From positions 2,176,001-2,240,000 of the forward strand of contig CBDCWI010000002.1 in NCBI GenBank assembly GCA_965223325.1: a stretch of DNA of 64,000 bases. Direction: 5' to 3'. Shown here one piece after another: positions 10,001 to 19,609 of the stretch. The DNA comes from Candidatus Multivoradales bacterium. GTDB taxonomy: Bacteria > Acidobacteriota > Thermoanaerobaculia > Multivoradales > Multivoraceae. The notes beneath the pieces are model-generated. The model had not been told where the DNA came from. It made no database searches and was given only the letters and a program-made list of their open reading frames with translations. A program made the translations under genes and the position numbers. Positions within the stretch are counted from its first letter, which is position 1. Each line of letters begins with the position of its first letter.

Positions 10001-11514
10001 CAGTCAGCCCCGGTTGCCGGAACCTGTGGGTCGCCAGCGAGCGACGCGCGAACCTCGTCCATCTCCTCGGCAGCCCCTTCAGGGGCGCGGGTCAGAAGGC
10101 TCACTGCGACCGCGAACGCCATTCCCACGATGAAGCCCGGAATCAGCTCATAGAGGTTCGCCGTGTCGTCTTTCCACACCAGTACCCAGGCAACCGTGGT
10201 CACGAAGCCCGTCACCATACCGGCGAGGGCACCCTCGCGCGAAATACGGGGCCACCACAACGACAGGAGAACCGGGGGCAGGAAAGCGGCCGCGAGTCCC
10301 GACCAGGCAAAGAGCACGAACCAGAACAGAAGGGGTGGCTGAAGGAGCGCCAGGGGCAGCGCCGCTAGACCGATGGCGGCGGTCGTATAGCGGCCCCAGC
10401 GCGCCAGCAGCTGTGGGTCGTCTTCGGTGTGCAAGATCTTCTGGAAGAAGTCACGCACCACCGCCGACGACGCCAGGATCAAGAGCGAGTCGACGGTCGA
10501 CATGATCGCGCCGAGCACGATCACCAGGAACACGCCCGTCACCAGTGCCGGGAAGAGTTCGTCCGAAAGCTGCGGCATGATGGTCTCGGGGTCGAGGAGA
10601 CCAGGGTGGAGCGCGCGGCCGGCGATCCCCGTTAGTACGGCACCGAAGTCGAAGACAAGCACGCAGACAACGGCGATCAGACCACCGTGCCGGATATCGC
10701 GCCCCGAACGCGCCGACATGAAGCGCACCAGGAGCTGCGGCACACCAAGAAACGCGAGGCCGATGAAGCCGAAACTGGCGGCCGAGGCGATGCCCGTCGG
10801 TGTCACACCGAGATGGCCCATCGCCAGGAGCAAGGTCGGGTCATCGGCCCGCAGCGTTTCGATGACCGGAGTCCAACCGCCGGCCGCTGCAAACGCCGCG
10901 ACTGGCAGGAGCACCAGCCCCGCAGCCATCAACAAACCTTGCACCAGGTCGCTATAGGCGACCGCTTTGAAGCCACCCACAGCGGTGTAGAACATCGTCA
11001 CCGCCAGACCGACCAGCACTCCTAGAACGTAGGGGATGCCCAGAAAGGTCGCGAAAGCCTTGCCGGAGGCGACGAGCTGTGCCGAGCAGTAGACCGCCAC
11101 CATCGACAGAATCACCACCAGCGACACCTTGCGAAGCCACTGGCCACTGGCGACGCTGCCAGGGAAGCGCGCCTCGAGATAGTCGGGCACGGTGATCGCG
11201 CCGTAACGATCGGTATAGGCCTTGAAGCGGCGGGCGATGACCGTCCAGGCGAGCGCGACACCCAGGGCCTCTCCCAGCACCACCCAGAGTGCGTGAAAAC
11301 CGACCGCGTAGCCCATTCCGGTGAGCCCAAGGAGCAGCCAGCCGCTCTCACCCGTGGCGTTGGCTGAAAACGCGACCACCCACGACGGCAGTTTCTTACC
11401 GGCCAGGAAGTACCCTTCGAGACTGTCGCCGCTCGAGCGACTCCAGAGCCCCAGCACCAAGAGCACCAGCATGTAGAGAAAGAGCGGAACCAGAACGGCA
11501 ACGGAAGCGGTCAT
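10000..11514 (-). CDS. sodium/proline-type solute symporter (SSS family, PutP-like)
   Basis: YFLAGKKL..SANATGESGWLLLGLTG, YT.VGGFKAVAYSD, PQLLVRFM, AIMSTVDS. Confidence 0.92.
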   Translation of the reverse strand: MTASVAVLVPLFLYMLVLLVLGLWSRSSGDSLEGYFLAGKKLPSWVVAFSANATGESGWLLLGLTGMGYAVGFHALWVVLGEALGVALAWTVIARRFKAYTDRYGAITVPDYLEARFPGSVASGQWLRKVSLVVILSMVAVYCSAQLVASGKAFATFLGIPYVLGVLVGLAVTMFYTAVGGFKAVAYSDLVQGLLMAAGLVLLPVAAFAAAGGWTPVIETLRADDPTLLLAMGHLGVTPTGIASAASFGFIGLAFLGVPQLLVRFMSARSGRDIRHGGLIAVVCVLVFDFGAVLTGIAGRALHPGLLDPETIMPQLSDELFPALVTGVFLVIVLGAIMSTVDSLLILASSAVVRDFFQKILHTEDDPQLLARWGRYTTAAIGLAALPLALLQPPLLFWFVLFAWSGLAAAFLPPVLLSLWWPRISREGALAGMVTGFVTTVAWVLVWKDDTANLYELIPGFIVGMAFAVAVSLLTRAPEGAAEEMDEVRASLAGDPQVPATGAD

Positions 11515-11684
11515 TGCGCCTCCTCACGAGGCCGTCGACGCTCGGAGGACGAGCCGCCGCTCCAGAAGAAGATCAGAGCGACCGCGAGCGGAAGAACGAC
11601 ACTGGCAATCGCCAGGACAACGACCGACCAAGGTAGGCCCAGGGCGAGGGTGGCCAGCGAAAGAACCGAACTGAGGTGAGTCAT
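11511..11684 (-). CDS. 57-aa membrane protein coupled to the symporter (below ORF-track cutoff)
   Basis: Own translation: MTHLSSVLSLATLALGLPWSVVVLAIASVVLPLAVALIFFWSGGSSSERRRPREEAQ; stop overlaps the symporter ATG (ATGA); TATACT 7 nt upstream. Confidence 0.7.
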   Translation of the reverse strand: MTHLSSVLSLATLALGLPWSVVVLAIASVVLPLAVALIFFWSGGSSSERRRPREEAQ

Positions 11685-11773
11685 GACCGGCAGTATAGGC
11701 GTCGAGCCCTCTGACCCTGGTCGGCTAGTCTGGCCCCTGACGTGCTGTTGGCGAACTGCCGCAAGAGGAATCG

Positions 11774-12955
11774 TTGGTGAATCTCGTTCTCGCTCAAGTC
11801 GAAACGCCAGCTGTTGTCATCGACAGGTCGCGCCTGGACCGCAACCTGGAACGCATGCAGGAGCGAGCCGAACGGCACGGCGTCGCACTGCGACCGCACA
11901 TCAAGACCCACAAATCGATCGAGATCGCCCGCCGACAGCTCGCCCTCGGCGCCAAGGGCATCACCTGCGCCAAGTCAGAAGAAGCAGCGGTGTTCGCCGA
12001 GGCAGGGTTCGACGACATCAGGCTCGCCTATACCGTCGTCGCGCCGGCGGCCCTCGACCGTCTGGCACAGCTCTCGTCCCGGGCGCGGATCTCGTTCTGC
12101 GTCGACAGTCTGATGGGCGTCGAAGCCGCACAGCAGGCCTTCGCCGCGTCGGGCCACACAGCTGAACTTCTAGTCGAGGTCGACTGCGGCTACGGGCGAA
12201 GCGGTGTGCGGCCGCTCGACGAACGAGCCCTCGAGGTTGCGCGCTCCGTCGTTCAGACACCGGCACTCCAGCTGCGCGGCATTCTGACGCACGCCGGTCA
12301 GGCCTACCATTCACCCCGCGACGGCGAGACCGCCGGCTGTGCTCTCGAGCGCCGCATGAAGCACGAGCGCGACGTGATGCTCGACTTCCGCGACCGACTA
12401 CTCTCCTCCGGCCTCACGCTTTCACCCGACTTTGAAGTGAGCGTCGGCTCGACGCCCACGGCATCACGCTTCGCGCAGGAAGACTCGGGCGACAGGAAAG
12501 TCACCGAACTGCGCCCCGGGAACTACGTCTTCACCGACCTCACCCAGGTTGATCTCGGTGCGGTCCAGCTCGACGACTGCGCTCTTTCCGTTCTAGCGAC
12601 AGTGGTCAGCACTGAGCACGAGTCCGACGGAGTGACCCGGGTCATTCTCGACGCTGGCAAGAAGGTCTTCACTTCCGATCGACGACTCGGCCAAGAAGGG
12701 TACGGCCTCATCCTCGAAGAAGCGCGGCTCGACGAGCGGCCTCTTCGCCCGTGGCCCGGGGCGGAGATTCACGCCCTTTCCGAGGAGCACGGCTGGTGCC
12801 GATTCACCGAGCGGGCGCCCGCTGTTGGCGATCGTGTACGAGTGATTCCCAACCACGCCTGCGTCGTCGTCGACACCCGCGCCGAGCTGGTCCTGGCCGA
12901 GGACGAGCGTGTGCAGGCGATCCTGCCAGTCGATGCGCGCGGCAAGAGCGCCTGA
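11774..12955 (+). CDS. PLP-dependent D-threonine aldolase / D-serine dehydratase-like protein (alanine racemase fold)
   Basis: TPAVVID, LRPHIKTHK, RSGV, THAGQAY, ELRPGNYVF, LSEEHG, PNHAC. Confidence 0.88.
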   Translation: MVNLVLAQVETPAVVIDRSRLDRNLERMQERAERHGVALRPHIKTHKSIEIARRQLALGAKGITCAKSEEAAVFAEAGFDDIRLAYTVVAPAALDRLAQLSSRARISFCVDSLMGVEAAQQAFAASGHTAELLVEVDCGYGRSGVRPLDERALEVARSVVQTPALQLRGILTHAGQAYHSPRDGETAGCALERRMKHERDVMLDFRDRLLSSGLTLSPDFEVSVGSTPTASRFAQEDSGDRKVTELRPGNYVFTDLTQVDLGAVQLDDCALSVLATVVSTEHESDGVTRVILDAGKKVFTSDRRLGQEGYGLILEEARLDERPLRPWPGAEIHALSEEHGWCRFTERAPAVGDRVRVIPNHACVVVDTRAELVLAEDERVQAILPVDARGKSA

Positions 12956-13119
12956 CCGGCGGCCCGGCGCCCTCTGGTTGATGACCTTCCGATGACCGAA
13001 TCTCGGCCGCGGCCGCGCTATTCTCGGCCCCCCCCTTTTGATCTCGCGCGCTGGCGAGAATCACACCTCGAGCCGCTCACCTCGGCGCCAGGTGGCGTCC
13101 TGGAAGCAGGAGACAACCC

Positions 13120-14280
13120 GTGCCATTCCTCACCCCAATCCTCGAACACTCGTCGCCTCGCCGCGGAGGCAAAGCTCCGCTCGCGCTTGGCCTGCTCTCT
13201 GCCCTCACCATCGCGACAGCGTTGCTTCCACTCGCCGCGGCAGCCGACGAGCCAAACGAGGCCGACTTTCTCTCCCAGATTCGTCGCTTGACCTACGACG
13301 GGCTGCGAGCCGGCGAAGGCTACTTCTCGGCTGACGGCAAGAAGATGGTCCTCCAGAGCGAACGCCTCGAGGACAATCCCTTCTACCAGATCTATCTGCT
13401 CGACCTCGAGACTGGCGACACCACCCCGGTGTCGAACGGCACCGGAAAAACCACCTGCGCCTTCATTCGCCCAGGAACCGGCGAGGTGATGTACGCCTCG
13501 ACTCACCATGACCCCCGAGCACCTGACGCACAGCGCGAAGAGCTCGAGTTTCGCGCCTCCGGGAAAGAGCGGCGCTACGCCTGGGATTACGACCCCGAAA
13601 TGGAAATCTGGGTCACCGACCCCGAGACCCGCGAGAGCAAGCGGCTCACCAACGCGCGCGGCTACGACGCCGAGGGCAGCTACTCACCCGACGGCGAATG
13701 GATCGTCTTCGCATCCAACCGCCAGGCTTTCGCGCGCGACCTGACCGCCGAGGAAGAGAAGCAGCTCGAAATCGACCCCGCCTGGTTCGCCGACCTCTAT
13801 CGCATGAAGGCCGACGGCACCGCACTCGAACGCCTCACCGACACGCCCGGCTACGACGGCGGGCCGTTCTACTTTCCCGACGGCGATCGCATCATCTGGC
13901 GACGCTTCAGTGAAGACGGCCTGACGGCAGACATCTACTCCGCCAAACCAGACGGCAGCGATGTGAAGAGGCTCACCGACTTCGGCGCCATGAGCTGGGC
14001 GCCCTACGTTCACCCCTCCGGCAAGTACGTCTTGTTTGCGAGCAACAAACTCGGCTTCGCCAACTTCGAGATCTTCATGGTCGATACCGCCGGCACCCGT
14101 GAGCCCGTCCAGGTCACCACCAAAGACGGCTTCGATGGCCTGCCCGTTCCCACACCCGACGGTCGCGCCCTCTCCTGGACGTCGACCCGCCACGGTGAGA
14201 AGGGTGGCCAGATCTTCATCGGCCAGTGGAATCACGAAGCGGCGCTGGCGGCCCTGGCGAAGGCTCCTCTAAGGGAGTAG
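13120..14280 (+). CDS. secreted TolB-like PD40/WD40 beta-propeller protein
   Basis: Signal peptide; GEGYFSADGKKMV, GYDAEGSYSPDG, GYDGGPFY repeats; exact start uncertain. Confidence 0.88.
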   Translation: MPFLTPILEHSSPRRGGKAPLALGLLSALTIATALLPLAAAADEPNEADFLSQIRRLTYDGLRAGEGYFSADGKKMVLQSERLEDNPFYQIYLLDLETGDTTPVSNGTGKTTCAFIRPGTGEVMYASTHHDPRAPDAQREELEFRASGKERRYAWDYDPEMEIWVTDPETRESKRLTNARGYDAEGSYSPDGEWIVFASNRQAFARDLTAEEEKQLEIDPAWFADLYRMKADGTALERLTDTPGYDGGPFYFPDGDRIIWRRFSEDGLTADIYSAKPDGSDVKRLTDFGAMSWAPYVHPSGKYVLFASNKLGFANFEIFMVDTAGTREPVQVTTKDGFDGLPVPTPDGRALSWTSTRHGEKGGQIFIGQWNHEAALAALAKAPLRE

Positions 14281-14319
14281 AACCGGGCGATGTCGCCGCC
14301 CTCTCGCTACACTTCGACT

Positions 14320-14901
14320 ATGGATCGAGCGCAACGCCGAAAGATGATGGACGGTCTCGCCGACGAGCGCGACGACCTGACGAGGCGCCTCCTCGCCCTG
14401 GCACTGTTGACGGAGCGCCTCGAGAGAGACCAGATCCAACCCATTCTGGTGGGCGGAATGGCTCTCGAGCTCTACACTGCGGGAGGGTACTCGACCGGCG
14501 ACGTCGATCTGGCGCTGCCAATGGCCGCGGAGGTGGACGAAGCGTTCGCCGAGTTGGGGTTCGAGAAACGCGGGCGCTTCTGGATCCAAGAAGAGCTCGA
14601 CCTCTACTTCGAAGCGCCGGCTCCTGCCGGACTTCCCGGTGAGAACGCGCCGCGGGGCATCTTCGAGATCGAGGGTCTGAACGTCCATGTGATCGGCGTC
14701 GAGGATCTCTTGCTCGACCGTCTTCGCGCCTGGGTCCACTGGCAGAGCACCGAGGACGAGCGATGGAGCCGCCGGCTCGCTACTCTCTACTTCGACCGTC
14801 TCGACTGGAAGTATCTCCTGAAGCGCGCCGGAACCGATCGTGAGACGCAGGCGCTCGAATCGCTCAGAAACGATGCGAATCCGGAGAAGCACAGTGACTG
14901 A
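14320..14901 (+). CDS. Pol-beta superfamily nucleotidyltransferase (DUF6036-like)
   Basis: ILVGGMALELY...TGDVDL (GG...DxD) motif; EDLLLDRL; alternative start at 14290. Confidence 0.75.
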   Translation: MDRAQRRKMMDGLADERDDLTRRLLALALLTERLERDQIQPILVGGMALELYTAGGYSTGDVDLALPMAAEVDEAFAELGFEKRGRFWIQEELDLYFEAPAPAGLPGENAPRGIFEIEGLNVHVIGVEDLLLDRLRAWVHWQSTEDERWSRRLATLYFDRLDWKYLLKRAGTDRETQALESLRNDANPEKHSD

Positions 14902-15133
14902 ATCGCAGGCCGAGACACGAGCACTGAACCTCGACGAGTTTCTAAGCGAGGTCCGAGCGCGCAAACGACGGCACTGGTTCCGCATCCTCGAGGGCGAGGG
15001 CCCGGGGCGGGCAGTCGGTCGTCGACCTCGCGACCCTGAGCAGGAACGGGTGCTGCTAGAACGAGACCGCCGAAAGCTCGACGCTTTCTTGAGGACCTAC
15101 CGCTATCGCCGCGAGGGCGAGACGGTGCCATGA
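14894..15133 (+). CDS. small charged hypothetical protein
   Basis: GTG start overlaps the nucleotidyltransferase end; stop overlaps the next ATG. Confidence 0.55.
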   Translation: MTESQAETRALNLDEFLSEVRARKRRHWFRILEGEGPGRAVGRRPRDPEQERVLLERDRRKLDAFLRTYRYRREGETVP

Positions 15134-15471
15134 CGTCGTCGGAAAAGAAGCAGGAAAAGGCACGGCAAAAACGCGAGAAGAAAGCAGCAAAGGCTGAGGT
15201 CAAGGCGGAGAAGAAGCGCAGCGCCGAGGCCCCGGCCGAGCCAGGCCCGTCACCCGCGGTGCGCTACGCCGTGTTCGTGCGTGGCGCTCTCTACGTGTTG
15301 ACCGGCGGCTCGCTGGCCACGGCTCTGGTGCTCGGTCAGCGGGGTCTGATCGTTTCGCTCGACGACCTGATCGAGAGCCTCTTCGCCGCCACCGCCGGAA
15401 AAGTCGTCCTCGCCCTCATTGCCGTCGCCCTGGTGATCTACGGGCTCAAGCACCTGCGTCTGGTGCGATGA
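15130..15471 (+). CDS. small membrane protein (Lys-rich N-terminus, about 2 TM helices)
   Basis: ATGA overlap with previous gene; hydrophobic segments. Confidence 0.65.
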   Translation: MTSSEKKQEKARQKREKKAAKAEVKAEKKRSAEAPAEPGPSPAVRYAVFVRGALYVLTGGSLATALVLGQRGLIVSLDDLIESLFAATAGKVVLALIAVALVIYGLKHLRLVR

Positions 15472-15573
15472 GCGCCCCTGTACACTCCGCCGAACTCTCA
15501 ATTCAACCGCCGCAAAGCGCCCGTACCGGCCTCGCCCGTTGGTGAGACGAAGGGGGCCCGAACGAGGAAAACA

Positions 15574-17439
15574 ATGACCAACCCCGAGACCACGACCGTA
15601 AGCTTCTCTATCCGTCGCGCGCTGATGCTCGGAACCCTCATGCTGGCAGCGATACTGGCCCTAGGGGCCGGAAACGCCGATGCACCCTTCGCTCCCTCCA
15701 CCCTCGAAGATCACGTCAGCTTTCTCGCCTCCGACGCGCTCGCTGGCCGGCTGACCGGCAGCCCTGGCGCGAAGGCTGCGGCCGACTACATCATCGAACG
15801 GCTCGAAGAACTCGGTGCGACTCCGCTTCCCGGCAACGACGGCTTCCGCACGACGTTCGATTACACCTCGGGAAGTCGCGACACTGGTTCCGAGATCACA
15901 GTGACCCGGGCCGGTCGTTCGACTTCGTCGAAGGGCGAAGCCAATCTGCTGGCTCTCACGTTCTCGGACAACGCCACCGTCAGCGGCCCGGTGGTCTTCG
16001 CCGGCTACGGGTTGTCGGTACCGGAGGGGACCGACAAGGAGACCCAGTTCGGCTACGACAGCTACTTCGGTCTCGACGTCAAAGACAAGGTCGTCGTCGT
16101 GTTGCGCTACCAACCCGAAGACACCGACCAGGCGACGCGCGCCCACCTGGCTCGCTACTCCGGCCTGCGCTACAAAGCGATGACGGCGCGCGAACACGGG
16201 GCAGCCGGCCTCTTGGTGGTCACCGGGCCACACTCGCCGAACGCCGGCGAGACCATTCCGATCGCCTTCGACACCGCCGCTGCCGGCTCCGGCATCACCG
16301 CCGCCAGCATTTCGGGTGAGGTAGCCCAGGCCTTGTTCGCAGCCTCAGACACCTCCCTGGCTGACGCGCAGAAAGCACTCGACACCGCCAACCCCCATGC
16401 AACCGGCTTCGACCTGCCCGAGGTCGAAGTCACCCTCAACGTCGCCATCGAGCGCCAACGGTCGACCGGCTACAACGTCGTCGGCGTGCTCCCTGGCGGC
16501 AGAGGCGACGTGGCCGAGCCCTGGGTGGTCCTCGGCGCCCACTACGACCATCTCGGAACCGGGCGCTCCGGCAACAGTCTGGCGCGCGACAGCGAGAAGG
16601 GCGGTATCCATCCCGGAGCCGACGACAATGCCTCGGGCGTCGCCGCGGTGCTCGAGGCAGGGCGCTTCCTCGCCGGGCGCGAGCGTGCCCGCAACATCGT
16701 TCTGGCCTTCTGGTCGGGCGAGGAACTCGGCCTGCTCGGTGCCACCGATTTCGTCAACGACAAGGACCTCGACCCCACCGCAACGATGGCCTACGTCAAC
16801 TTCGACATGGTCGGCCGCAGCACCAACAACAAGCTGAGTGTGCAGGCGGTCGGTTCGAGCCCGGAATGGAAGAAGATTCTCGAACGGCGCAACGTACCGG
16901 TGGGCTTCGACCTGCAGTTGGTCGAAGACCCCTACCTGCCCACCGACAGTGCGGCCTTCGACCGCGCCGATGTTCCTACGCTGAATTTCTTTACCGGCAG
17001 TCACGCCGACTACCACCGTCCCTCGGACACGGCGGACCTGCTCAACTACGAAGACCTGGCACGGGTCGCGCGCCTCGGAGCGTTGGTGGCCCTCGATCTC
17101 GCCCAGGCCGACGAACCCCTCGAGTTCGCGCGCGTCGAGCGCAAGCGCGAGAGCGGCGGCGACCGCGACACGGTGCGTGCCTACACCGGCACCATCCCCG
17201 ACTACGCCACCGAAGTCGAGGGCCTTCTGCTCGGGGGCGTCATGCCCGGAGGACCGGCCGAAGAAGCGGGTCTCAAAGAGGGCGATGTGATCGTCAGGTT
17301 TGGCGAGCAGACGATCACAAACATCTACGACTACACCTACGCTCTCGACGCCGCCAAGCCCGACGTGCCGCTCGAGGTGATCTACATGCGTGGCGACGAG
17401 CGCATCGAGACCACCCTCACGCCGCGGGCACGAAAGTAG
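15574..17439 (+). CDS. M28 family aminopeptidase with PA and PDZ domains
   Basis: LASDALAGR, GAHYDHLG, GADDNASG, SGEELGLLG, DYHRPSD, C-terminal PDZ (GGPAEEAGLKEGD). Confidence 0.93.
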   Translation: MTNPETTTVSFSIRRALMLGTLMLAAILALGAGNADAPFAPSTLEDHVSFLASDALAGRLTGSPGAKAAADYIIERLEELGATPLPGNDGFRTTFDYTSGSRDTGSEITVTRAGRSTSSKGEANLLALTFSDNATVSGPVVFAGYGLSVPEGTDKETQFGYDSYFGLDVKDKVVVVLRYQPEDTDQATRAHLARYSGLRYKAMTAREHGAAGLLVVTGPHSPNAGETIPIAFDTAAAGSGITAASISGEVAQALFAASDTSLADAQKALDTANPHATGFDLPEVEVTLNVAIERQRSTGYNVVGVLPGGRGDVAEPWVVLGAHYDHLGTGRSGNSLARDSEKGGIHPGADDNASGVAAVLEAGRFLAGRERARNIVLAFWSGEELGLLGATDFVNDKDLDPTATMAYVNFDMVGRSTNNKLSVQAVGSSPEWKKILERRNVPVGFDLQLVEDPYLPTDSAAFDRADVPTLNFFTGSHADYHRPSDTADLLNYEDLARVARLGALVALDLAQADEPLEFARVERKRESGGDRDTVRAYTGTIPDYATEVEGLLLGGVMPGGPAEEAGLKEGDVIVRFGEQTITNIYDYTYALDAAKPDVPLEVIYMRGDERIETTLTPRARK

Positions 17440-17445
17440 AGCGAT

Positions 17446-17462
17446 CCCTCCCGTAGGGAGGG
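17446..17462 (+). terminator. GC-rich hairpin after the M28 gene (no U-tract)
   Basis: CCCTCCC-gta-GGGAGGG. Confidence 0.4.
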
Positions 17463-17531
17463 TCCGAGCAGGAAAGCTTCGAAGGTGATTCGGGCGCACC
17501 GAAGGCGCCCTCTCTGCGGCATACTTCGCTC

Positions 17532-18782
17532 GTGAATCGTCCTGCGTCCAAACGGCGTCCGTGGCCGCCCGCCAGGCTGTTTGTGCCGTTCTCCATCGTC
17601 TCGGCGGCGATTGGCATGCTGTCGGTTGGCCTGATGGGCGTCGGACGACCCGATTTCTACTCTGCCAGGGTGTTCGCTTCCGGTGCACTGCTCGGGCTGT
17701 GTCTGAACGCCGGGGCGATGCTCGTCGAGTCCCCGGTGTTCTGGCTTCTCCGGGTCACGCGTGCCTGGCCGCTGTCGCAGCGCGTCCTCCTGAGCGCCCT
17801 TTCGTACTTCGCGGGCGGCTGCCTGGGCGCGACCGTCGCGTGGTTCCTCTCGACCCATCTCGGGCTCGGGCGCTACGGAATCGACAGTCTGCAGCTCAGT
17901 GATCTTTCCGTTTTCGGCTTCCTGGCCGCCGCCGTCGGCCTGGGGTTCTTCGTCGTGCAGTTTCTCCGTCGTCGGCTGGCAGAGAGTATTGAGCGCATCA
18001 AGGAACAGGAACACGCCGAACGCGAACTCGAAGTGGCGCGGGCGCTCCAGAGGCGCATCATGCCGCCCGGCAGCATTCGCACCGGGTCGTATCGCATCGA
18101 GGCCCGCAACCTGCCCGCACGGGTCGTGGCGGGAGACTTCTACTCCGTCTTTCCACTTCCTGACGGAGACATCGGCCTGGCTGTCGGCGATGTCCTCGGG
18201 AAAGGCATGGCGGCCAGCCTGCGCATGGCCTCAGTGTTCTCGATGCTGCCCTTGATCGCTGCCGAGCGCAGCGTGGCGGCGACTCTCTGTGAGCTCAACC
18301 GACGGCTCTTCGAGGAGCTCAGCTGGCGTGAGTTCGTAGCCCTCGGCTACGCTCGCTTCGATCCTCGCAGCGGCTCCTTCGAAGCCGCCAACGCCGGCCT
18401 GCCCGACTTCTACTGCGTCCGTCCCGAGGCAGGTCCGGACCCACGCCTGGTAGCCGAGGTTTCGATTGAGGTGCTGGCCCTCGACGACCCTCGCCTTCCA
18501 CTCGGGGTGCGGCCTGAGGTCGACTACCAGAGTGTCTCCTCAGAGCTCCTGCCGCTAGGAGCCCTGGTCATGCTCAGCGACGGTCTGCCCGAACTGGTGG
18601 GCGAAGGAGGAGATCCACTGGGCTATGAACGTCTCGGTGAGCTGCTTTCGCAATGGAACACCGATCCGGCCATGTACCTCGACAGTCTGCTCGAGAACGC
18701 TGGTGCCCGGCGCGGCGAACCAGACGACGATGTGACTGTTCTAGTCGCTCAGTGGCTCGGAAGTGGCAAGGTTTCCGGGTGA
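17532..18782 (+). CDS. membrane-anchored PP2C/SpoIIE (RsbU-like) phosphatase
   Basis: About 4 TM N-terminus; ELEVARALQ, VAGDFY, VGDVLGKG, SDGL, DDVT. Confidence 0.9.
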   Translation: MNRPASKRRPWPPARLFVPFSIVSAAIGMLSVGLMGVGRPDFYSARVFASGALLGLCLNAGAMLVESPVFWLLRVTRAWPLSQRVLLSALSYFAGGCLGATVAWFLSTHLGLGRYGIDSLQLSDLSVFGFLAAAVGLGFFVVQFLRRRLAESIERIKEQEHAERELEVARALQRRIMPPGSIRTGSYRIEARNLPARVVAGDFYSVFPLPDGDIGLAVGDVLGKGMAASLRMASVFSMLPLIAAERSVAATLCELNRRLFEELSWREFVALGYARFDPRSGSFEAANAGLPDFYCVRPEAGPDPRLVAEVSIEVLALDDPRLPLGVRPEVDYQSVSSELLPLGALVMLSDGLPELVGEGGDPLGYERLGELLSQWNTDPAMYLDSLLENAGARRGEPDDDVTVLVAQWLGSGKVSG

Positions 18783-19609
18783 GCAGGAAGAAGCGGCGAG
18801 GCTCCATCTGGGTAGTTGGAGACCTTCACGGATGCCTGGAGACCTTTCTAGAACTCCTCGACGAAGTCGGTCTCGACCAGAAGCGGGATCGCCTGTGGCT
18901 GGTTGGCGACCTGGTCAATCGCGGTCCCAACTCTCTCGAGGTTCTGCGGCTGCTGGTCGACCTGCAGGAGGAAATGGGCAAGCGACTCGTTGCGGTGCTA
19001 GGCAACCACGACCTCCATCTGCTGGCGGTTGCTGCCGGCGCGGCCCGTGCCCGGCGCGATGACACGCTCGAGAAGTTCTTCAAAGCGCCAGACCGCAAAC
19101 TCCTGCTGTCGTGGTTGAGCGCCCGGCCACTTCTCTACGCCAAGAAGTCGCGCGCCGAGGTTCTGGTGCACGCCGGCATCCTGCCGGGGTGGTCGGTCAA
19201 GAAGGCTCGGAAACGCGCTAGACGACTCGAAGACCTCCTGCGTAGACCAAGAGACGATCGCGAGCGGCGAGCGCTCCTCCAGCGCAACGGGAAGGACCCC
19301 TGGAGGAACGCCCACCGCGATCTCGGAGCCTTCACCAGATTGCGAATGTGCCGTGCCGATGGAAGCCCCGCGTCCTCGTACCGGGGGCCACCGCAGGGGG
19401 CTCCGCGAGGCCTGACATCCTGGTGGAAGCACCCGTTGCATGATGAGAGCTGGCTCGAGAAGCGCATCTTCTTTGGCCATTGGGCAGCCCTCGGCTGCCG
19501 CGTCAGGAAGCGTGTCGTGTGTCTCGATGGAGGCGTCGTGTGGGGTCGCAATCTGTGCGCCCTGAGGCTCGAAGACGATCTTCTGATTGAAGTACCACAC
19601 GCCGACTAG
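18779..19609 (+). CDS. apaH: symmetrical bis(5'-nucleosyl)-tetraphosphatase
   Basis: VGDLHGC, LWLVGDLVNRGPNSLEVLR, VLGNHDLHLL, VHAG, FGHWAALG, LDGGVVWG. Confidence 0.88.
   Translation: MSRKKRRGSIWVVGDLHGCLETFLELLDEVGLDQKRDRLWLVGDLVNRGPNSLEVLRLLVDLQEEMGKRLVAVLGNHDLHLLAVAAGAARARRDDTLEKFFKAPDRKLLLSWLSARPLLYAKKSRAEVLVHAGILPGWSVKKARKRARRLEDLLRRPRDDRERRALLQRNGKDPWRNAHRDLGAFTRLRMCRADGSPASSYRGPPQGAPRGLTSWWKHPLHDESWLEKRIFFGHWAALGCRVRKRVVCLDGGVVWGRNLCALRLEDDLLIEVPHAD

Noticed and set aside
17532-19609. Functional link between the SpoIIE phosphatase and apaH (GTGA overlap)
   Set aside because: Overlap alone is common in this compact genome and there is no further evidence.
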